Positions 56,886 through 64,000 of a stretch of 64,000 nt of DNA are shown here, one piece after another. Every line of letters begins with the position of its first letter. The stretch's first letter is position 1. The translations under genes were made by a program, and so were the position numbers. Source of the stretch: an uncultured Chloroflexia bacterium (GTDB lineage Bacteria > Chloroflexota > Anaerolineae > Aggregatilineales > Phototrophicaceae); assembly GCA_963826685.1 (NCBI GenBank), contig CAWGYC010000016.1, positions 14,849-78,848 on the forward strand. The letters are read 5' to 3'. Under the pieces are notes generated by a model. It saw only the letters and a list, made by a program, of their open reading frames with translations, was not told where the DNA came from and made no database searches.

Positions 56886-57371
56886 ATGGCGAAAAAATCG
56901 GACGACTTACTGAACGAAATCATCGCGCGGCGGCGGGCGAAACAGCTTGAGCCGCAGCAGGACGTGCTGGCGCGGGTGCTCGACGACCTGAACGCCTTCG
57001 ACACGCTGGAAGCGCTGAAACGGCGGACGAAACTGTGCTATGGACCGCAAGTGCTGCGCGGGGCGACGATGGGCGTGGTCGTTTGGCGGCGCGCGCCGGG
57101 GTACTACGGCTACAAAACGCTGTCGCTGATCGGGGTATGGGGGGTGCTGCGCGACGATCAGCCCTACGTCGTGATCGGCAAGAAGCTGCTGGCGTTCAGC
57201 CCGCCGTTCTACGACGCCGATGCCTACGCTAAGCTGATCCGCAAGAACTACGATCTGTACTATCACGACGACGGCACGCCACCGGCGAAACCAGCATTTG
57301 CGGTGCATTACGATGCCGAAACGCGGCTCGACCTGCGGGCGACGGTCGCGCGGGAGCTGGCGAAGCTGTGA
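56886..57371 (+). CDS. hypothetical protein (161 aa)
   Basis: MAKKSDDLLNEIIARR; GAGG RBS; protein-like composition. Confidence 0.7.
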   Translation: MAKKSDDLLNEIIARRRAKQLEPQQDVLARVLDDLNAFDTLEALKRRTKLCYGPQVLRGATMGVVVWRRAPGYYGYKTLSLIGVWGVLRDDQPYVVIGKKLLAFSPPFYDADAYAKLIRKNYDLYYHDDGTPPAKPAFAVHYDAETRLDLRATVARELAKL

Positions 57372-57483
57372 GTGCTGACCCCACCCCCGACCCCTCCCCG
57401 AATTCAGGGAGGGGAGAGTGCCCTCGTCTGTTTTATCTGATAGTCTGGACAATGGATGAGTTTTTCAACGCGCTCACGTTTGA

Positions 57484-57927
57484 CTAGACGTCGAGGTCGC
57501 CGTCGATGTCGAGCAGGTCGCCGAAGATCGGGTCGTCAGTGTCGTGGTCGACCGGCTTATACGGCTCGGTGCGGCGCGATCCGAGGCGCGGGGAGGCAGG
57601 GTCGAGGGGCTGATCGGTTGGCGGAGTCGCCGTCGGGACAAAGCGGTGCTGCCCGGATGGGGCATTGGCATCGCGGACTGCTTGTCGGGCGAGCGCGCTG
57701 TCGAAATCCTCGGCTTGAGCCAGCGAACGCAGGTCGGGCTTGGGCGACTTGATGTAGGTCGGCTGGTCGTCGGCGTCATCCTTGGCATTGCGCGCCAGCA
57801 GCGCGAAAAAGCTCATGAAGTTGCGCCCGGTGAAGCGCAGCAGAAACAAGAACATCACCGCGAACATCACCAGACAGATCACCGCCAAGCCAACTAAGGC
57901 AACGATCACCAATGCGTTGTTCGGCAT
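57484..57927 (-). CDS. hypothetical single-pass membrane protein
   Basis: Hydrophobic N-terminus and acidic tail. Confidence 0.7.
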   Translation of the reverse strand: MPNNALVIVALVGLAVICLVMFAVMFLFLLRFTGRNFMSFFALLARNAKDDADDQPTYIKSPKPDLRSLAQAEDFDSALARQAVRDANAPSGQHRFVPTATPPTDQPLDPASPRLGSRRTEPYKPVDHDTDDPIFGDLLDIDGDLDV

Positions 57928-58255
57928 CGCCTAACCCTCGAACAAATAAGCTGATTCGGCTCCATTGTACCATCAATGTAAATACAACCTCACCCCCGAC
58001 CCCTCTCCATTGCATGGAGAGGGGAGCAAGGCTAAGCGCGATGGGTGCGGGGCGTTATCTCAGGCGGCGAGCAAAGAGCAAAAGATTTAACGCAAAGGCG
58101 CGAAGGCGCAAGGACGCAAAGAAGGGCTAAAGACAACTTTTCAGACACAGTGTAGGAGAAGCCGGGGGCGATTTGGTGAAAGCTGAGCGTTTACGCTAGG
58201 GGGCTTTCGTGGATAATGAAGGAACGGTTGAGAGCAAGCGCACTAGGAACCCATT

Positions 58256-59416
58256 ATGCGAAATTACGTGTCACAAAGTGTCCAGAATATGCGCCCGTCC
58301 GGCATTCGTCGCTACTTCGACATCGCCGCGACGATGAAAGACGTGATCACGCTGGGCATTGGCGAACCGAACTTCACGACGCCGCAGCACATCATGGACA
58401 AGGGCATTGAATCGCTGGAGCGCGGGCAGACCGGCTACACCTCCAACGCCGGACTATTCGAACTGCGCGAGGCGATCTCGTGCCACATGCAGCGGCTCTA
58501 TGACTTGTACTACGCGCCGGACGATCAAGTGCTGGTGACGGTCGGCGTCAGCGAAGCGCTGTACATCGCGCTGCGGGCGATCCTCGATCCGGGCGACGAA
58601 GTGCTGGTGGTGCAGCCCTGTTTCGTCGCCAACGCCGCCGCCGTCGAGATGGCGGGGGGCGTCCCGGTGATCGTCAACGCCTACGTCGAGAACGAATTTC
58701 AGGTCACCGGCGCGGAACTGGAAGCCGCCGTCACGCCGCGCACTAAAGCGATCCTGATCAGCTACCCGAACAACCCGACCGGCGCGATTTTGACGCTGGA
58801 GCACATGCGCGAAGTCGCCGCCGTCGCCGAGAAATACGATCTGCTGGTGATCTCGGATGAGATTTACGAGCGGCTGGTCTACGCCGAGGCGCACACCTGC
58901 TTCGCCACCCTGCCGGGGATGTACGAGCGCACGATTGTCATGAGCGGGGTGAGCAAATCGTATGCCATGACCGGCTGGCGGATCGGCTACGTCGCCGCGC
59001 CGCGCGAGTTGATGACGGCGATGAAGAAGCTGCACCAATACCTGATCATGTCCGCGCCGACGATTGGACAGGTCGCGGCGATGCAAGCGATCCTGCACGG
59101 TGACGACGACGTCGAGCGGATGCGTCAAGCCTACGACGAGCGCCGCCGCTTGATCGTCGGCGGTTTCAACGACATGGGGCTGACCTGCTTCGAGCCGCGC
59201 GGCGCGTTCTACGCCTTCCCCAACATCGAGATCACCGGGCTGAGCGACGAGGATTTCTGCGAGACGCTGCTGCGCGAAGAACAGGTCGCGGTGGTGCCGG
59301 GGAGCGCCTTCGGCGAGAGCGGCAGTGGCTTCGTCCGCGCCAGTTACACCAACAGCACGGAGAATATCGAGACGGCGCTGGAACGAATGCGGCGGTTTAT
59401 GCGCCATCACGGTTAA
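58256..59416 (+). CDS. PLP-dependent aminotransferase, class I/II
   Basis: LGIGEPNF, YPNNPTG, ISDEIY, SGVSKSYAMTGWRIG. Confidence 0.95.
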   Translation: MRNYVSQSVQNMRPSGIRRYFDIAATMKDVITLGIGEPNFTTPQHIMDKGIESLERGQTGYTSNAGLFELREAISCHMQRLYDLYYAPDDQVLVTVGVSEALYIALRAILDPGDEVLVVQPCFVANAAAVEMAGGVPVIVNAYVENEFQVTGAELEAAVTPRTKAILISYPNNPTGAILTLEHMREVAAVAEKYDLLVISDEIYERLVYAEAHTCFATLPGMYERTIVMSGVSKSYAMTGWRIGYVAAPRELMTAMKKLHQYLIMSAPTIGQVAAMQAILHGDDDVERMRQAYDERRRLIVGGFNDMGLTCFEPRGAFYAFPNIEITGLSDEDFCETLLREEQVAVVPGSAFGESGSGFVRASYTNSTENIETALERMRRFMRHHG

Positions 59417-59445
59417 AGCTGCGTTATACTTCTCCATCTAAGGTC

Positions 59446-59473
59446 AAGAACCCCATCAACATCGGGGTTCTTT
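59446..59473 (+). terminator. intrinsic terminator hairpin
   Basis: AAGAACCCC-atcaacatc-GGGGTTCTT followed by T. Confidence 0.7.
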
Positions 59474-59584
59474 GATTTCCAAAATCTGACTTTGTGGTCA
59501 AAAGTTCCTATAATATATAAGTGCCGTCGCAATAACGTTAGGCTATCATTCTCCTCACGCACCTTTGGCGAAGGCGTCGATTCT

Positions 59585-61960
59585 ATGGTTGGAACACCCG
59601 CGTTGATTCTGGTGGCGCATGGCAGCGCCCAAGAAACCGCCGCCAGCGTACAGAAATTGCAGCAGGAAAATTTCCGGGTTGAGCTGGTCGGAGATGCTGC
59701 GTCGCTGCTGACGGCATTCGCCCGACTCTCACCGCAAGCGATCCTGCTCGACGGCGCGCTGCCGGGTGGTGACGCCTACGCCATCTGCGCGCGGCTGCAC
59801 GGGGAGAGTAAGGTGCCGATCTTGATGCTCACGCCCAACGACGCCGACGAGATCGGGCGGGCGCTGCGGGCGGGGGCAAAGGACGTACTGACCAAGCCGG
59901 TCGTGATGCCGCTGCTCTGTCTGCGGCTGCGGGCGCTGATCGACGGGCAAAAGCTCGCCGATCAAAACGGGGAGCACGAACGACGCTGGCAGCAAATCTT
60001 CGAGCGCAACCGCGCGATCCAGTTGATCGTCAATCCGCAGAGCGGGCAGATCATCGACGCGAACCCGGCAGCCTGCGCTTTGTACGGCTATTCACGCGAA
60101 GAATTTCTGCAAAAAGCGATCACCGACATCGACGTGCCGGTCGATTGGGACGACGAACAGCCGTCGATGTTCAGTTTCCGCCACCGGCTGGCTTCGGGCG
60201 AAACCCGCGACGTTTCGATTTTCTCCAACCCGATGGAACGTGACGGGCAAATGTTATTGTATTTGATTGTAAGCGCTCCCAAGTGGCGTCGCCCCGGCGC
60301 TGACGACGATCAGCGGCGGCTGGCGGAGGCGCTGCGGAATACGGCGTCGGTGCTGTCGAGCACGCTCGACCAGAACGAAGTGCTCGACCGGATTCTCGAA
60401 CAGGTCAATTCCGTCGTGCCCAACGACAGCGCCAATATCATGCTGATCGAGGCGAACGTGGCGCGGGTGGCGCGCGCGCGCGGCTACGAGGGTCGGGTCA
60501 CGCCGGTGACGATGGACGGCATCCGGCTCAAAGTTCAGGAAGTGCCGCTGCTCAACTGGATGATCGAGAACAACAGCGCCATCGCCATGCCCGACACCGA
60601 CGCCTCGACCGATTGGGTGATGACCGACCCGGCTTATGGATGGCTGAAATCCTACGTCGCCGCGCCGATTCGGATCGGCAACCACGTCATCGGTTTCCTC
60701 AACCTCGACAGCGCGATCCCCAACCGCTTCACGTCGGCGGATGCCGACCGGCTGCAAGCCTTCGCCGATCAAGCGGCGATTGCGATCCGCAACGCGCGGC
60801 TGTACGACCGGGTGCGGCATCAAGCCGCCGAGATGGAACGGCGCGTCCAGCAGCGCACGTCGGAACTGGAATACGAGCGCGGTCAACTGCGGGCGATCAT
60901 GGACGCGATGACCGAGGGCGTCGCCTACACCGAGGCGGTCGACGACGATTACCGCACGCGCTACGTCAACCGGGCGCTGTCGGAGATCACCGGCTACAGC
61001 GCCGAAGAGTGGAATCAGCATTCGCTAGCTCTCTTTCACAACAAAACCATGAGCGATGCCGAATTTGACGCGCTGCTGAACACAGCCATCGCTGACCTGA
61101 GACAGGTCGGCTTCTGGCGCACTGAAATTCGACTGATGCGCAAAAATGGCACCGAATTCGACGCCAGCGTGATCACGACCCGCATCGACGGGCAAAACGG
61201 CGAGATCGCCAGCGCGGTCAGCGTGATCCGCGACATCAGCAAAGAGAAGGCGCTCCAGCAGCAAAAGGAACGCTTCGTCGCCCACGCCTCGCACGAACTG
61301 CGCACGCCGATCACCAACCTCAAGACCCGGCTTTACCTGATGCGCCGCCAGCCCGAACGCATCGAGGAACACATGCGCGTGCTGGAGCAGGTGACGGACC
61401 GCATGAAGCGCTTGGCGGAAGACCTGCTCGACATTTCGCGGTTCGAGCGTGGGGTGATCGAAATCAAGCGCGAGCCGGTGGTCCTGCAAGAGATGATCGA
61501 AAACCTCGTGCTGGTGCAGCGCGCCGAAGCCGAACGCAAGCATTTGACGCTCGGCTGCACGCTGCCCGACGAACCGACTGTCGTCTTCGCGGACGCGGAG
61601 CGGCTGGCGCAGGTGATCACGAACCTGATGATCAACGGGATCAACTACACGCCGGAGGGCGGACGGATCGACGTGCGGCTGAGCCGGGTGGACGAGGGCG
61701 GCGAACCGCAAGCCGTGATCGAGGTCGAGGACACCGGCATCGGCATTGGCGAGGAACATCTGCCGCACATCTTCCAGCCGTTCTACCGGGTGGTCAGCCA
61801 AGTCGAGGGCACGGGGCTGGGCTTGAGCATCACCAAAGAGATCGTCGAACTGCACGGCGGCAGCCTCACCGTGACCAGTCACGAGGGCGAAGGCAGCTGC
61901 TTCCGCTTCTCGCTGCCGCTGATCACGACGCCGGAGTTAAGCGAATCCAGCGAGGTCTGA
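59585..61960 (+). CDS. hybrid sensor histidine kinase (REC-PAS-GAF-PAS-HisKA-HATPase)
   Basis: ASHELRTP H-box, NLMING N-box, DTGIG, GTGLGLSI; N-terminal receiver LLDG...TKP. Confidence 0.93.
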   Translation: MVGTPALILVAHGSAQETAASVQKLQQENFRVELVGDAASLLTAFARLSPQAILLDGALPGGDAYAICARLHGESKVPILMLTPNDADEIGRALRAGAKDVLTKPVVMPLLCLRLRALIDGQKLADQNGEHERRWQQIFERNRAIQLIVNPQSGQIIDANPAACALYGYSREEFLQKAITDIDVPVDWDDEQPSMFSFRHRLASGETRDVSIFSNPMERDGQMLLYLIVSAPKWRRPGADDDQRRLAEALRNTASVLSSTLDQNEVLDRILEQVNSVVPNDSANIMLIEANVARVARARGYEGRVTPVTMDGIRLKVQEVPLLNWMIENNSAIAMPDTDASTDWVMTDPAYGWLKSYVAAPIRIGNHVIGFLNLDSAIPNRFTSADADRLQAFADQAAIAIRNARLYDRVRHQAAEMERRVQQRTSELEYERGQLRAIMDAMTEGVAYTEAVDDDYRTRYVNRALSEITGYSAEEWNQHSLALFHNKTMSDAEFDALLNTAIADLRQVGFWRTEIRLMRKNGTEFDASVITTRIDGQNGEIASAVSVIRDISKEKALQQQKERFVAHASHELRTPITNLKTRLYLMRRQPERIEEHMRVLEQVTDRMKRLAEDLLDISRFERGVIEIKREPVVLQEMIENLVLVQRAEAERKHLTLGCTLPDEPTVVFADAERLAQVITNLMINGINYTPEGGRIDVRLSRVDEGGEPQAVIEVEDTGIGIGEEHLPHIFQPFYRVVSQVEGTGLGLSITKEIVELHGGSLTVTSHEGEGSCFRFSLPLITTPELSESSEV

Positions 61961-62631
61961 TGGTCTCGCCGCGCGAACTGGCGGAGGCATTCCTGCAAGC
62001 GGGCGAACTGGAAGATGCTTGCGCCGCGCTCGATCAACTGCTTGAGAGCCAACCTACGGATAGTGAGGCGCGCCGACTGCGGGCGGCGGTGCTGCTGCGG
62101 CTGCCCGGTCGCCAGCGTGACGCGCTGCGCGACCTCGACGCGATCCGCGAACCAACCTCCGACGATTATCTGCTGCGGGCGCAAATCTGCGCCGTGCTCG
62201 GCGACGACGACGGCGCAATTACGGCGCTTTGGCAAGCGTGGAACGAGAGTCGTGAGCTACGGACGGCTGATCTGCTGTTGCAACACCTGTATCAGCGCGG
62301 CGAGTTCGCGCGCGGGCTGCATCTGCTGGTGCAACTGCCGAAAACGTGGCGCTGGTTGGCGTGGCGCGGCGACTTCACCGTGCTGCTGGGCGAGGATGCC
62401 GGGGCAATCGTGGATTACGGCGCGGCGCTGGACGATCTGGCGCGAGCCGAAGACAGCGCGCTTTTGGCGACGCAGCAGGCGTATCTGCTGCTTAAGCGCG
62501 CTGAGGTCAATCGCCGTCTCAAGCGCTGGGCGGAGGCTGATGCCGACTATCAAGCGGCGGGCGCGATCATACCCAACGATCCAACCATCCCCGCCTTCCG
62601 GGCGCAGATCACCGCCGAGCAAGAAGATTGA
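61960..62631 (+). CDS. TPR-like helical protein
   Basis: Repeated A..L..A motifs; start overlaps the kinase stop. Confidence 0.7.
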   Translation: MVSPRELAEAFLQAGELEDACAALDQLLESQPTDSEARRLRAAVLLRLPGRQRDALRDLDAIREPTSDDYLLRAQICAVLGDDDGAITALWQAWNESRELRTADLLLQHLYQRGEFARGLHLLVQLPKTWRWLAWRGDFTVLLGEDAGAIVDYGAALDDLARAEDSALLATQQAYLLLKRAEVNRRLKRWAEADADYQAAGAIIPNDPTIPAFRAQITAEQED

Positions 62632-62697
62632 CCTCACCCCCCAGCCCCCTCCTATCAGGGGTAGGTTTTTAACTCTGCGCTTACCTCACCCCTAAAT

Positions 62698-62903
62698 AGA
62701 CTTGTCCGGTACTCGAATCAGCATCATTTGTCTCTTGCTGCCGCTGCTGACCCCACCCCCGACCCCTCCCCGACTTCAGGGAGGGGAGCGTACACGCCGT
62801 TGGCTGCCGACACGCTGCGTTTTTCCTGAAGCTGCGAGGCAAGTGCCGACGATTCGGGGCACGGTTAGGGAGCACGGCTATGTTTTGAATACCGGACAAG
62901 CCT
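62698..62903. mobile_element. MITE-1 copy 4
   Basis: 206 bp, left end variant AGACTTGTCC, TAAAT flanks. Confidence 0.85.
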
Positions 62904-63094
62904 TAAATCCCCTCTCCATTACATAGAGAGGGGACTTTAAAGACCCTTTGCAAGCTGTTTTTACCCCCTCTCCGTTGCATAGCTGAGGGGGAGCCAAGCG
63001 TAGCGCAGCGGGGTGAGGTTCGTGTCACATCCAACCGGGGGCGGATTTGCGTATAATAAGCAGAGTCGCAAACCAACATTCCCAATGAGGCACT

Positions 63095-64000
63095 ATGAAT
63101 GCACGGAGCCATGCCGTCGTGATCGGCGGCAGCATTGCCGGGCTGTGGACAGCGCGCGTCCTCGCCGACCATTTCGAGCGCGTGACCGTGATCGACCGCG
63201 ATCACTACCCCGACGACCCGGAAGCGCGGAAAGGTGTCCCGCAGGGGAAACAGCTTCACGTCTTGCTGGTGCGCGGGCAGCAAATCCTTGACCAACTGTT
63301 CCCCGGCTTGACGCAGGAACTCGAAGCCGAGGGCGTCTCGATGCTGCGCTGGACGCAGGACACGCCCAACTACGGCGTCAATGGTCAATGGGGAGCGCCC
63401 TTCCCGTTCGGCTACCGGACGATGGGCGTCAGCCGTCTGCTGCTGGAATGGCACATCCGCCAGCGCTTGATCCAGAATTCGAAGATCAGCTTCGTCGAGG
63501 GGCGGCAGGTGATCGGGCTGTGCGCCACCGACGATCACGCGCGGATCACCGGCGTAAGGCTGCGGGCGACGGGCGCGGAGCGCGCCAGCGCGGGCGAGGA
63601 AACGCTCGCCGCCGACCTGATCGTCGATGCCAGCGGGCGCGAATCGCACGCGCCGGAGTGGTTGCAGACGCTCGGCTATGCCGCGCCGGAAGAAACGGTC
63701 GTCGATTCGCAGGTCGGCTACGCGACGCGCTGGTACAAGCGTCCCGATAAGCTCGACGTGGCGTGGAAGTCGATGATGATCCAGTCGCGCAGCGGCAACA
63801 CGGCTCGCAGCGGCGTGATCTACCCGATTGAGCAGGGCGAGTGGACGGTGCTGATGGTCGGGGTGCGGGTGCCGCTGCCCGCCGACGAGGAGGCTTATCT
63901 CGAATTCGCGCGGACGCTGCCGCAGCCCGACATCTACGAGGCGATCAAGGATGCCGAGCCGATCACCCCGATCTATCGCTACCAGCGCACGGCGAACCAG
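63095..64000 (+). CDS. FAD-dependent oxidoreductase/monooxygenase (runs off window)
   Basis: Manual translation MNARSHAVVIGGSIAGLWTARVLADHFERVTVIDRD...RKGVPQG..H; LIVDASGR. Not in the ORF track because it is truncated. Confidence 0.9.
   Translation, partial: MNARSHAVVIGGSIAGLWTARVLADHFERVTVIDRDHYPDDPEARKGVPQGKQLHVLLVRGQQILDQLFPGLTQELEAEGVSMLRWTQDTPNYGVNGQWGAPFPFGYRTMGVSRLLLEWHIRQRLIQNSKISFVEGRQVIGLCATDDHARITGVRLRATGAERASAGEETLAADLIVDASGRESHAPEWLQTLGYAAPEETVVDSQVGYATRWYKRPDKLDVAWKSMMIQSRSGNTARSGVIYPIEQGEWTVLMVGVRVPLPADEEAYLEFARTLPQPDIYEAIKDAEPITPIYRYQRTANQ

Noticed and set aside
58060-58130. CGCAAAGG-type short tandem tract (and CGCCAAGA tract at about 56790)
   Set aside because: Short intergenic low-complexity repeats with one copy each and no further structure to support a call.
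1-64000. tRNA, rRNA, cas, phage or integrase genes
   Set aside because: No T-loop/anticodon-arm patterns, rRNA signatures or matching protein motifs were seen.

Overview
High-GC bacterial chromosomal window, most likely from a Chloroflexota (Anaerolineae-like) organism; this is inferred from the intergenic palindrome families, the Thr/Pro-rich LysM/SH3 surface proteins and the gene content. I saw no rRNA, tRNA or CRISPR array. The most notable block is a co-directional six-gene operon of unknown function at 4.8-15.4 kb: a DUF6754-like membrane protein, two polytopic membrane proteins, a 1.8-kaa acidic repeat/SH3 membrane protein, a GlmL/MutL-like actin-fold ATPase with no mutase nearby, and a barrel-sandwich-type protein. 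It is followed by an LPETG-tailed surface protein and two LysM proteins. Other content: a NitT/TauT-type ABC importer; an ECF sigma factor, candidate anti-sigma, four ABC-2 permeases and one ATPase; two toxin-antitoxin modules with shared boundary sequences; a TetA(P)-like MFS gene behind a short leader ORF; two AraC + DHFR-family pairs sharing an operator-like motif; an IS630 remnant; a TIR-FGE protein; and metabolic and signalling genes. REP-like palindromes are dense. Two MITE types sit inside REPs (four copies of one type), and REPs lie in frame inside two coding sequences. Several single-base frameshifts and an indel-dense stretch at 49.3-50.6 kb suggest long-read consensus errors, so pseudogene calls are provisional. 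All family names come from motif recognition by eye, not from database searches.
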